33,154 bases of DNA, taken from a virus. Taxonomy: Duplodnaviria; Caudoviricetes. The stretch is from positions 1 to 33,154 of the IMG/VR virus record IMGVR_UViG_3300038365_000087. One strand, 5' to 3'. The notes under the pieces were generated by a model that searched no databases, was not told the origin of the DNA, and saw nothing but the letters and a program-made list of their open reading frames with translations. How positions within the stretch are numbered: the stretch's first letter is position 1; each line of letters opens with the position of its first letter. This document shows, in pieces, positions 1 to 8,322 of this stretch. The position numbers were made by a program, and so were the translations under genes.

Positions 1-410
1 GTATAAACACCATTAATATCAATACTACCAGCAGGCCCTATCTTGATGTGGCCGAGGGTACTTTGTGACGCTTTTTCAGCCAAATGCGCATCAAACTCTG
101 CTTGAGTAACCAGATCATCGCCGATCTCATCCTGGCTCACCAGGTTGGAATACATGCCGGCCGTCCAGCGGTTTTCCACTAGGCTTTCAGCCGCATGAGA
201 TGCCGCTGCAGTCCCTTCCTGTGCCCTCATGACATCCGAAAATAGGTTGCCCAGGATAGTATTGACCTGCATTAGTTCAGCGTCAATTGTAATCATAAAT
301 GGCGCCGCTGGAAATATGCTGCCGTCCTCAACATAAAATGATGTTGCAGAATCCGCTATATCCCCGACCAAGCGGGTTTGTGCGTTATTAGCTGCATTTA
401 ATCTTGCTAT
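1..410 (-). CDS. Tail fibre/baseplate-associated protein, N-terminal part (runs off left edge; apparent ATA start)
   Basis: Not in the ORF track. Open frame (I/M)ARLNAANNAQTRLVGDIADSATSFYVEDGSIFPAAPFMITIDAELMQV...RAQEGTAAASH...ENRWTAG begins 7 nt after SD AAGGAGGG (418-425), directly downstream of Dit, and resembles phage tail-protein N-termini. Confidence 0.75.
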   Translation of the reverse strand, partial: MARLNAANNAQTRLVGDIADSATSFYVEDGSIFPAAPFMITIDAELMQVNTILGNLFSDVMRAQEGTAAASHAAESLVENRWTAGMYSNLVSQDEIGDDLVTQAEFDAHLAEKASQSTLGHIKIGPAGSIDINGVY

Positions 411-423
411 TTCTTATCCCTCC

Positions 424-1161
424 TTATAACCACTTGGGTGTATACTTCACCAGTGCTGCGCTCGCACCGGGCGGGGTGATGGTCAATGTGCTCTCTCCTG
501 GTGGCAGTGTAAAGAATCTGCTATTCTGCCAGTCCAGGAGATTCATTGCCCTAGCTCCATTGAGTAAGACCGCGCCGGTGCCAAAATTTATAGTCAGTAC
601 ATCACCAACCTGAAAAGCATGAATTACCCGGCAGTAGTCAGTTCCCAGGGCAACTTTCCACTCGGCAGCTGCGACCATAAAAGTTGACTGAAAAAAAAGC
701 TCTGTACTTGCTGTACCCAAATTGTTTATGGCTACAGAGTCGTCTGTGAAATAGGCGATTACCTCTTCGCCCAGGGCAAGGGGCTCACACCGGAAAAATA
801 ACGTAAATTCGCCAATCTCCGTGAATAAGGGCTCACTCTCCAGCGGCACTTCCTGCGATAATTTACCCATATAGTATTTGTCTGGCTCATCACTAATAAG
901 TAATTGGGAACGTTCTTTTGTGCTTAACCATGCTGTTATTTGCCGTGCCTTTATCCTCAGGTTTTGCCTGGTACTATCTACAACAGCGCAATCAATTTCA
1001 ATTGTGCCGTCTTGCCTTTCGCGAGGATATAGGAGGCTTCCTTGTCTGCCGGATATCTGTATATAACTGTCGTTTGGAGCAGGTAGGAGCCAGCGCCTTA
1101 CGGCCAGCACCTTTAGTCCTTTATCGGTGCTGGTACTTCCGTTAAAAGTGAAGCTTATCAT
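424..1161 (-). CDS. Distal tail protein (Dit, Sipho_tail family)
   Basis: N-terminus MISFTFNG, EPDKYYMG motif, C-terminal FFTLPPGESTL...YTPKWL; immediately follows the tape measure gene. Confidence 0.85.
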   Translation of the reverse strand: MISFTFNGSTSTDKGLKVLAVRRWLLPAPNDSYIQISGRQGSLLYPRERQDGTIEIDCAVVDSTRQNLRIKARQITAWLSTKERSQLLISDEPDKYYMGKLSQEVPLESEPLFTEIGEFTLFFRCEPLALGEEVIAYFTDDSVAINNLGTASTELFFQSTFMVAAAEWKVALGTDYCRVIHAFQVGDVLTINFGTGAVLLNGARAMNLLDWQNSRFFTLPPGESTLTITPPGASAALVKYTPKWL

Positions 1162-3014
1162 GTTGCAGCCAGCCCCCTCCCTCTTGCTGCTCGTTGTTGC
1201 AATTGGTATAATTCTCGAGCGATTTTACTGATATCTTGGTCATTGCGAACCACCATATTCTCTACCTTTATTGTCAATCCCCCAACCGTGCCCATCTTGT
1301 TATTTGGCACCACCTGAGATCCCCGGGGGAGATTCAGGAGTTCTGGCCCCTGTTCGCCAACCACCGCCCAGCCGCCAGGGTGAAAGTTGGTGCCCCGGGC
1401 ATACCATTTTAAATTAAAATCGGGAATCTTTACCTTGGCATCCCCAACGCCGATAGATCTCCAGTCTACGCTTACATGCGGTAATTTAGGCTTGGGTATT
1501 GTTATGCTCATATTTGCAAAAGCATTTTTGATATCAGTTATGATATCTGAAATAGTGTTTTTGGCTGTTTCAATCGGGCTTAAAACAGCGTTTTTAACCC
1601 CTTCCCATGCGGTCCCCGCAGTAGTCTTAATTCCATCCCAGGTATCACCTAACCATGTCTTTAAACCTTCCCAAATATCCTGAGCCGTCCGCTGTATAGT
1701 CTCCCAATTCTCCGCTATCTTCCTGCCCAGCAATACCGCCCATCCGGCTGGCCCTACTGCAACCAGGATTATATCTTTACCCCACCTATCGAAGAATTCC
1801 TTTAACTTATCCCAAACCTTTTCCGCTCCTGTTTTAATATCGTTCCATAGATTGGCCATTGTTTGCTTGAAATCTTCCCAACCTTTAGCCAAGGCGTCGA
1901 AATTGCTTTTGCAGGTGTCTGTGATACTAGTCCAGAGTTTTGAAAAGAAGTCTTTAAGAGGTTCCCAATTCTTGATGATGAGGTAAGCTAAAGCTGCCAC
2001 TGTAGCACCAATAGCGATAAAGGGCAATAATGGAATCATTGCAGCGGCGGCATTAAGGGCAGCTCCTTTAAAAGCAACGCCTAAACCTATCAAAGCAGGA
2101 ATCATTGCGGCAGTTATAGCGCCAGCTATAATCGTAATAGTGGCCTCTAGCCAATCTGGGAAAATCTCGTCCAAAGCCCCAGACCATCCTTTGTCTGCGA
2201 TTAAGTCCTTAAAAGCAGTTAAATGCTCTGTAATGTTCTTGATGGCAGCAACAACGGGCGCTAGCAAAGGTTGCCCGATCACGGCCATAAAATCTATCCA
2301 ACCTTGCTTAAGATTGCCTAATTGGTTCTGATAACTATCAGATTCCCTTGCAGCTTGACCTGTTGCCCCTGCGGCTTCTTGCATCTTCTGTGCAAATTCC
2401 ATTCTGGCAAGCTGTTTTTGAGCTTCATCGGCATTCTTCCAGTCTATACCTAGCTCTTTGGCGGCAAAAGCTGCTATCTGTGTCTCGTTGCCGAACAGAC
2501 CTATAGCCTCGCCGCCTTCGTAGTTGCCCTTGATGAAGCTATTCAAAGCGGCATTAGCCTCTTCATAACTCTTGTCATAGAATGCGGCAGCATCGGCGGC
2601 TATAGTAACTCCCTGCTCTGCCATTTCCATGGCATCCTTGGTATCGTATCCCAGCCCTTTAAACATACTAGTCATGGACGTAAAGGGAGATTTTAGGCGG
2701 TTGGGAAGCATGCCAAAATCTTTCCCTAAGCCATTAACTACATCCTGTGCATTGTTTTGGATAGTTCCAAATACTTGCTCAAACTGTGCATTCATGGCTT
2801 GAGTATTGGCAGTGGCTTCAATAGATTTAATTCCAATAGCCCCGATTGCAGTACCGGCAGCTGCTGCAGCTATTCCAACCCCTTTTAATATCGCCCGGCT
2901 AGACTCTTCAGCTTTAGCTGCAGCAGTCTTAATTGTTCCTTCGACCTTAGACATGGCAATATTAAATGCTTCTGTTTTTCCGCTTATCTTTACCCAAAGT
3001 TCTCCAACCTGCAT
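1158..3014 (-). CDS. Tape measure protein (about 618 aa)
   Basis: Ala-rich helical N-terminus, hydrophobic middle segment, periodic Trp/Phe repeats, C-terminal WYARG...VVGEQGPEL motif. The ATG at 3014 (MQVGELWVKI) follows an SD-like AGGCGGTGA. Confidence 0.9.
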   Translation of the reverse strand: MQVGELWVKISGKTEAFNIAMSKVEGTIKTAAAKAEESSRAILKGVGIAAAAAGTAIGAIGIKSIEATANTQAMNAQFEQVFGTIQNNAQDVVNGLGKDFGMLPNRLKSPFTSMTSMFKGLGYDTKDAMEMAEQGVTIAADAAAFYDKSYEEANAALNSFIKGNYEGGEAIGLFGNETQIAAFAAKELGIDWKNADEAQKQLARMEFAQKMQEAAGATGQAARESDSYQNQLGNLKQGWIDFMAVIGQPLLAPVVAAIKNITEHLTAFKDLIADKGWSGALDEIFPDWLEATITIIAGAITAAMIPALIGLGVAFKGAALNAAAAMIPLLPFIAIGATVAALAYLIIKNWEPLKDFFSKLWTSITDTCKSNFDALAKGWEDFKQTMANLWNDIKTGAEKVWDKLKEFFDRWGKDIILVAVGPAGWAVLLGRKIAENWETIQRTAQDIWEGLKTWLGDTWDGIKTTAGTAWEGVKNAVLSPIETAKNTISDIITDIKNAFANMSITIPKPKLPHVSVDWRSIGVGDAKVKIPDFNLKWYARGTNFHPGGWAVVGEQGPELLNLPRGSQVVPNNKMGTVGGLTIKVENMVVRNDQDISKIARELYQLQQRAARGRGLAAT

Positions 3015-3030
3015 TCTTGTTCTCACCGCC

Positions 3031-3291
3031 TTACCATGCTGCTATTTTCTTAACAGTGTCTTTTTTTTTGCTCAGGGTATTATTCGGTTTATCCTTACTG
3101 GCGTTCACCAGAACAAAAGTAGAGTTAGGACCCAGACCTTTTAATAAAATAGAAAATCGCCTCCAGCTCATACCTGGAAGCGATTCCATTAGGTCTATCC
3201 CGTATTCTCTTATAAAATCAGCCTCAATGTAGGTCCAGTTCTCAATAATATATATTCCTGCCCCTTTTACTTCGGGGCTTCCGGGTTTCCC
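3031..3291 (-). CDS. Tail assembly chaperone C-terminal extension (gpT-like; -1 frameshift product)
   Basis: Lies in the -1 frame relative to 3267..3578, carries WTYIEADFIREYGIDL...MSWRRF, and sits between the chaperone and the TMP. Confidence 0.8.
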   Translation of the reverse strand, partial: GKPGSPEVKGAGIYIIENWTYIEADFIREYGIDLMESLPGMSWRRFSILLKGLGPNSTFVLVNASKDKPNNTLSKKKDTVKKIAAW

Positions 3292-3578
3292 GGATTGTAC
3301 TGCTCCATAGCCCAATCAAAAAGATCGGTAAGCTGATCAACGGCAAGCCCCTTTGCGCACCATTCGTCAAGCTTGCCTTCACCAAATACAGAGGCCGCTA
3401 GTTCAAACAGCTCTGCCTGCGGCAAGTCATCTTTACCGTATTCCTTCTGCATCCGGACCATTTTTAGCACCATTACGGCCGGCAGGGAAGGGGGCAGGTA
3501 TTCTGTTTGCCCAAAGATTTTGAAAGGTATTTTCTCCTGACTTTGTTCAGCCCAAAAGGCATCAAAATCTTTCATCAT
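3267..3578 (-). CDS. Tail assembly chaperone (gpG-like)
   Basis: Between major tail protein and TMP; about 100 aa, acidic; ends in a slippery site. Confidence 0.8.
   Translation of the reverse strand: MMKDFDAFWAEQSQEKIPFKIFGQTEYLPPSLPAVMVLKMVRMQKEYGKDDLPQAELFELAASVFGEGKLDEWCAKGLAVDQLTDLFDWAMEQYNPGNPEAPK
3285..3291 (-). other. Programmed -1 ribosomal frameshift slippery site G GGA AAC
   Basis: X XXY YYZ heptamer in the correct phase near the end of the chaperone ORF; a -1 shift enters the 3031 frame. Confidence 0.8.
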
Positions 3579-4120
3579 GCTATATCCTCCGCAGTCTCAT
3601 TGAAAACAATATCCTTTATGGACCCGTCTTTCATGGTTGCAATCGCTTTTCCAGATGCACTGATGGTAGCATATTCTTCACCCTGCAGGGTATAATCAAA
3701 ACTGGTGCATTTAGCTTTATGAAGCATGAAATGAGCATCGCCAACATCGGTGTAGTCGGTCTTTGCTTCCAATTTAAAATACTGGGGCAGGTCGCTCTTC
3801 GTAAGGGTAAAGGTCTGCTTCTGGTTTGGGGTCTCCCCGCTGGCGGTCACAGTGCCGCCAATCATGATGGCCAGAGCATCCAGGGAAACAACACCATGCT
3901 CAATGGCCCAATCTATTTGCTCCAGTTTGGCATAAGTGTCAATTACGGTTTCGTCGCCTTTAAGCTGCTTTTCGATAAAGGTAGGGGTCAGCTTCAGGCT
4001 GGTTATACCGGGAACATCCACCGCGGCGCCATACGTGGTCGCGGTAGAATCATCAGCAGTCAGTGGGGATATTTTGGCATCATTGATGCCAAGGATTACA
4101 GATTCTTTTACTAACGGCAT
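3575..4120 (-). CDS. Major tail (tube) protein
   Basis: 181 aa with pattern GINDAKI...TTYGAAVDVPGI...LKGDE...PQYF typical of siphophage tube proteins; gene order. Confidence 0.85.
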   Translation of the reverse strand: MPLVKESVILGINDAKISPLTADDSTATTYGAAVDVPGITSLKLTPTFIEKQLKGDETVIDTYAKLEQIDWAIEHGVVSLDALAIMIGGTVTASGETPNQKQTFTLTKSDLPQYFKLEAKTDYTDVGDAHFMLHKAKCTSFDYTLQGEEYATISASGKAIATMKDGSIKDIVFNETAEDIA

Positions 4121-4125
4121 AATTT

Positions 4126-4485
4126 TTACCTCCTCACAGTTTTATGGCGGTACCGCATGGATTTGTGGTACACGCCGGTATCATTCTCATATAGGTCTCC
4201 AGCAAACTCCCGGACAAAATGCAGTCCGGACATGACATTGTCCACGGCCTGAGAGATGGCGGTCGTGTTTCCCTTTGACCACACGTCAATTACCATCACG
4301 GATTCACTGGTCATTTCCCGATCATCACCTCTCAGAGCTGGGGCATTCGTCTGCTCATAGTAAGTGATGCAGGGGAATGCCGGTTTATCTGGTAGGTTAT
4401 AAAAAACGACCCTGCCGGCTACCAGATTGGTTAGCGTAGGGTCGTTCTTAAGTGCACTATATACGGTTGGTTTCAGATCAATCAA
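4126..4485 (-). CDS. Tail terminator/completion protein (SPP1 gp17/DUF3168-like)
   Basis: VYSALKND...FPCITYYE...IDVWSK...VYHKSMRY pattern; gene order. Confidence 0.8.
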   Translation of the reverse strand: MIDLKPTVYSALKNDPTLTNLVAGRVVFYNLPDKPAFPCITYYEQTNAPALRGDDREMTSESVMVIDVWSKGNTTAISQAVDNVMSGLHFVREFAGDLYENDTGVYHKSMRYRHKTVRR

Positions 4486-4808
4486 TCGCCCACCCCCTTA
4501 TGGATGGCATCAGCGAATATCTTTCGGATGTTGTTCTTATTCTGCTCCAAAGCCGGGTTAAGGTAGGGTTGAGCGGCCATTTTAACGGTGCCCAGCTCCA
4601 CGAAAGGACCATATTCCACATTAGTTCCGACCCGCGCCTCTTTCTTCTCAACCTCATGGGTGATAGAGTTTCGAAGGTTTCCGGTATCGACCGGGACTAA
4701 TGCCTTTGCCTGTCCTTCTACCACCAGGGCAGATGCGGTCAGGGCCACGTTAATAGCCTGCTCCATGCTTTTTATTGCCTTGTCACCATGCCATTTGAGT
4801 TCTGCCAT
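4482..4808 (-). CDS. HK97 gp10-like neck/tail morphogenesis protein
   Basis: Signature PVDTGNLRNSI...VEYGPFVELGT...AQPYLNPA. Confidence 0.9.
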   Translation of the reverse strand: MAELKWHGDKAIKSMEQAINVALTASALVVEGQAKALVPVDTGNLRNSITHEVEKKEARVGTNVEYGPFVELGTVKMAAQPYLNPALEQNKNNIRKIFADAIHKGVGD

Positions 4809-5119
4809 TATATCACCGGCCTTAAAAGCACTTCCATATGTCCGCGGTAGGCGGCCACATGGCGTATTTCGTAGGTATTCCCGTCATGGACACGCCGGGC
4901 CAACTGGACCGCACTATTCGGATTGCAAAACATCCGGGAAGTAATGCCGGTTTCAACGATTCCGTATTCCTTTTGGGCCAGTTCGCCGCCCAGGGGCTGA
5001 ATATCAGCCTGGATGGTTGCAACGGTTTCCCATGTCTCAATCGGCATACCTATGTCATCATACCCGGTGACTTTAGCCTGGATCTGAACAGGGTAGGGGA
5101 GATTGCTAACTGGTATCAT
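4808..5119 (-). CDS. Head closure protein (SPP1 gp16-like)
   Basis: DDIGMPIETWETVATIQADIQP motif; position after the head-tail adaptor. Confidence 0.75.
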   Translation of the reverse strand: MIPVSNLPYPVQIQAKVTGYDDIGMPIETWETVATIQADIQPLGGELAQKEYGIVETGITSRMFCNPNSAVQLARRVHDGNTYEIRHVAAYRGHMEVLLRPVI

Positions 5120-5436
5120 GCAAACCTCACCACCTGCCTATTTTTGTAGCGGCGCATCTGTTTCACAATACTCTTAGGAATATCGTCGCCCAGGGCAAAG
5201 TTAGTGGTCGAATAGGATCCCACAACCGTACCCTGCTTGTACTGGTCGGCGTTCCGGCTATACAGGACTACTGCCAGTCTGGCTATAACTGATTCAGCCT
5301 CTGGGGGAACGTCCTCCCGGTTGCAATAATCTTTGAAAAAGGCTTGTGCATCGGCCAATATCAAGGTCAGCAGGTCGTCCTGGCTGAGGTCATCTACCGG
5401 TATTCCCAGGCGGGTTTTAAGATCAGATATAGTCAT
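5116..5436 (-). CDS. Head-tail connector/adaptor (SPP1 gp15/HK97 gp6-like)
   Basis: DLKTRLGI...QDDLL...DYCNR...DIPKSIVKQMRRYK pattern. Confidence 0.85.
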   Translation of the reverse strand: MTISDLKTRLGIPVDDLSQDDLLTLILADAQAFFKDYCNREDVPPEAESVIARLAVVLYSRNADQYKQGTVVGSYSTTNFALGDDIPKSIVKQMRRYKNRQVVRFA

Positions 5437-5637
5437 CTAGTCACCCTCTTTCAGGGCCTCGCGTAGTTCTTCGGTGTTCATCTTGTGATAGCCCTCGATT
5501 TCACGTTCCTTGGCAAGTGCCCGGAGTTCCTGGTAGGGCATATCGTCCAGGTGTTTAATGGTTTTCGTTTTCGCCGGCTCTTCTGCGGCCTGTTGTGCCT
5601 TAAGCCGCCTCATGCGGTTAAATCCTGCAAGTCCCAT
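5437..5637 (-). CDS. Small protein with Rho N-terminal/HeH-like domain
   Basis: LDDMPYQELRALAKEREIEGYHKMNTEELREAL matches the Rho_N pattern; commonly follows the capsid gene. Confidence 0.7.
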   Translation of the reverse strand: MGLAGFNRMRRLKAQQAAEEPAKTKTIKHLDDMPYQELRALAKEREIEGYHKMNTEELREALKEGD

Positions 5638-5653
5638 GTATCGTCACCTCACT

Positions 5654-5681
5654 AAAAACAAGGGAGGGAATTAACCCTCCC
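5654..5681 (-). terminator. Intrinsic terminator after major capsid gene
   Basis: GGGAGGG-TTAATT-CCCTCCC followed by TTGTTTTT. Confidence 0.75.
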
Positions 5682-5688
5682 GAGTCAC

Positions 5689-6660
5689 CTACGACAAAGT
5701 ATGGACAAACTTCGCGATGCGGATATTCTTGTTTTCGTACACCCGGGACCAGTTCAGAGCATTGGACAGTTCTAAGTTGGTCGGGCTTTGCCCAACTACA
5801 GCCGCGTCTTGGAAAGCTACTCCGCGCGGGTGAAGGATGAAGTGCTGACGGTTAATCAGGATATCGTCGCCCTGCAAGCTATCACGGTCGGTTTCGGTCG
5901 GTACCGGGGCGCCACCGTTGCCTTTAGCAAAAGCACCTTCGCCAAACAGGTAGGTAGTATAATCAGTACCATTTGCCGCTACCGGGCAACCGTCGTCAAC
6001 AATAACCCTCTTACCCTGAAAACGCTTTACGCGGATTTCCTGCCCGTTAAACTGCTCCAGCTCATTAGTAATAAGGCCCTGTTTCATCAAAGATGCTTCG
6101 GTCGCTGAATGTATCATCACGCCGGTAAGCTTATCTTTGGCGTCTCCCAGCAACTGAGTTGCATCAACAAAAGTAGCACCGGTAATGCTAGATACCGCAG
6201 GAGCTACGGCCCCGGAAATATCCAAAACATTCCCCGCCATGTTAGCGGCAGCGAATATCCCGTCTAGGATAGCAAGCAGGGTAACCTGGTCCCGTCTGGC
6301 CCAGTAAGCGGCCACCAGGTCGCCAATAGCAGCCATGGGGTCATCGCCGGACAAGGCTTTAGCCAGGTCGTTTACGCCCCAGGCTTTGCCACGCATGAGT
6401 AAGCAAGCTACATCTTGCCCAGAAGTGATAGCGTTCACCTGCAGCGGGTTCTGGTCGCTTAGGACTTCATCAGCGCCGGTAAGGTCCTGCCAGAAGGGCA
6501 TATTCAGCAGACGGCCGCCACTTCTAGCAAGGGCGTCAAAGGCGGGGTCGTTTACAACAATGCCGCTCTGGACAAGTTCGGACAGGGCGGCGGTTCTCTC
6601 GATTACATACGGATTAAATACCTCGGGGACAATAACATCAGCTATTCTGGTTGCTGGCAT
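5689..6660 (-). CDS. Major capsid protein (SPP1 gp13-like)
   Basis: TRIADVIVPEVFNPYV...QSGI...NMPFWQDL...RGKAW...DPMAAIGDLVAAYWAR closely resembles SPP1 gp13 as I recall it. Confidence 0.93.
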   Translation of the reverse strand: MPATRIADVIVPEVFNPYVIERTAALSELVQSGIVVNDPAFDALARSGGRLLNMPFWQDLTGADEVLSDQNPLQVNAITSGQDVACLLMRGKAWGVNDLAKALSGDDPMAAIGDLVAAYWARRDQVTLLAILDGIFAAANMAGNVLDISGAVAPAVSSITGATFVDATQLLGDAKDKLTGVMIHSATEASLMKQGLITNELEQFNGQEIRVKRFQGKRVIVDDGCPVAANGTDYTTYLFGEGAFAKGNGGAPVPTETDRDSLQGDDILINRQHFILHPRGVAFQDAAVVGQSPTNLELSNALNWSRVYENKNIRIAKFVHTLS

Positions 6661-6694
6661 AGTTCATTCCTCCTTTTAATAATGCTTAGGTTGC

Positions 6695-7180
6695 CTAAGC
6701 GGTCAGTTTAACAATGGTTGCGGTTATCTCGGCGGTTGTAAAGCTTTTACCCGCCTTGCTTAAGGTCACCTTAAACTTGTAATTGCCGTTAGCTTCGGCT
6801 GTTGGTGCCGTGTAAGCGGTCTCGGTCACAACATAGGTGCAGCCATCCAGTTCCAGGGCGTCAATATCCTTTGATATTTCAGCCACAATGTTGGCTTTGG
6901 TTTCTGCCTCTTTTCCGGCTACTACAACGTCGTCACCATTAACTGAAAACGTTGCGGCTGCTACAAGTCCGCCTACTATACGAGTGCTAAACTCGCCTGA
7001 CCGGGGAGCTAACTCCTGGTTGATGAACAAATTGGTATAATGCTCTTCATCAGTGAGTTTGCCGTTTCGGTGTCTGTTAGCTGCAAGTTTGGCGTTTATT
7101 GCGCTTATTACCTCGTCAATCTCAGCCTTACCTTTTGCCAAGTCTGCTGCGGTATAAGCCTTAATATCGGCCCATGCCAT
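6695..7180 (-). CDS. Putative capsid auxiliary/decoration protein with beta-rich (Ig-like) C-terminus
   Basis: Lies between scaffold and capsid genes and has an SD; Ala/Thr/Val-rich C-terminal half (TAPTAEANGNYKFKVTLSK). Confidence 0.55.
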   Translation of the reverse strand: MAWADIKAYTAADLAKGKAEIDEVISAINAKLAANRHRNGKLTDEEHYTNLFINQELAPRSGEFSTRIVGGLVAAATFSVNGDDVVVAGKEAETKANIVAEISKDIDALELDGCTYVVTETAYTAPTAEANGNYKFKVTLSKAGKSFTTAEITATIVKLTA

Positions 7181-7191
7181 AAAATCACTCC

Positions 7192-7824
7192 TTATCTGGC
7201 TTGCGCCATCATTTGCTTAGCCAGTTCCGGGTTTTCCCGTAACAACCGGCCTTGTTCGGTCAGGTTAAAGGTTTCTTTCTTCCAGGGGTTGGTCTGTCCT
7301 GGTCCGCCAGGGCTCCCCGGGTTAGGTGATCTGCCGCTGTCCTTGAATTTAGCCTCAACGGCCTTTTCTAATGCCTGCTGCCAGTGGTTTTCTAGCGCAG
7401 TAAGGTTATTGGTCGTCTCTTCCTCATCCTGCCCCACGAAGTAGCTTATAATCTCAACTGGTAGCCCCTTCTGTGTTGCGAGGGTAGTCGCCTTATTTAC
7501 CAGCTCGGACTTGACCCGGGCCTGGCGTTCCAAGGCCAGCTCCTCTTCAAGTTTCCTGAGCCGCTTTTGTTCCTCGGTTTCGCCCGGGAATTTCTTTTTG
7601 ATCTCTTCATCCAAGAGGGTAGTAAGATTGTTACTCTTCCAGGTCTCCAGACCCTTGGTGAAATGGGCATCCAACTTGGGTTGTAAGAGCTTCTTTCCAT
7701 CCTCGGTAGCCAGGAAAGCAGTCACTCCCTCCGGTGTCAGCGGAAACAGACCCCTGAGGTAGTCCTGCACTTCCTTGTTGTCCTTGTTAGCCTCAATAAA
7801 CTGTTTGAGTTCTTCCAACGTCAT
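7192..7824 (-). CDS. Capsid scaffolding protein (DUF4355/SPP1 gp11-like)
   Basis: Charged coiled coil; LLQPKLD...KGLETWK; C-terminal NPWKKETFNLTEQGRLLRENPELA. Confidence 0.88.
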   Translation of the reverse strand: MTLEELKQFIEANKDNKEVQDYLRGLFPLTPEGVTAFLATEDGKKLLQPKLDAHFTKGLETWKSNNLTTLLDEEIKKKFPGETEEQKRLRKLEEELALERQARVKSELVNKATTLATQKGLPVEIISYFVGQDEEETTNNLTALENHWQQALEKAVEAKFKDSGRSPNPGSPGGPGQTNPWKKETFNLTEQGRLLRENPELAKQMMAQAR

Positions 7825-8011
7825 AAATATATCCTCCTCTTATTTGCCCTCCCAGTACGCGCCAGGGAGTGCATTGTTAACAACTTGTCAAAATGATTAA
7901 AATTAACGATCTACTTGACTTTTTTCAGGAGGTATTAAGCGTGCTACGAATGCCTGTATATTGGCAACAAGAGCACCTATTATAAAAAATAGGTCAAGTA
8001 AATTTGGGCAT

Positions 8012-8037
8012 AAAAAAACACCCACCTAAGCGAGTGT
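8012..8037 (-). terminator. Intrinsic terminator after the 8052..8321 gene
   Basis: ACACTCGC-TTAG-GTGGGTGT followed by a T run. Confidence 0.65.
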
Positions 8038-8051
8038 CATTTACTAAGTTA

Positions 8052-8321
8052 TTAAAATATTTCTTCCCGGCCCTCCAGGAATGCCTTTATATCATAATCC
8101 TTCCTAAGTGCTCTCCGCACTTCCATGTAAATAAAGTCTTTTAAAGGCGCCGGGGTCAGTTCATGCTGGTAAATCCGCTGATATAGATGCAGCAGTTTTC
8201 GCACTATACTAACTTCATCAAGCTCTAGCTTCTGCATTTGGTTGTCTGGGGAATGCTGTCCCAACATCTCTTTGAAGTCGCCGAAGTCCATTTTGTCATC
8301 TGAGATATTACCACCTCCCAA
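8052..8321 (-). CDS. Hypothetical protein (start uncertain)
   Basis: Fills the gap after the minor capsid gene and is followed by a terminator. The SD GGAGGTG overlaps the annotated TTG, so the real start is probably a few codons downstream. Confidence 0.6.
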   Translation of the reverse strand: MGGGNISDDKMDFGDFKEMLGQHSPDNQMQKLELDEVSIVRKLLHLYQRIYQHELTPAPLKDFIYMEVRRALRKDYDIKAFLEGREEIF

Positions 8322-8322
8322 A

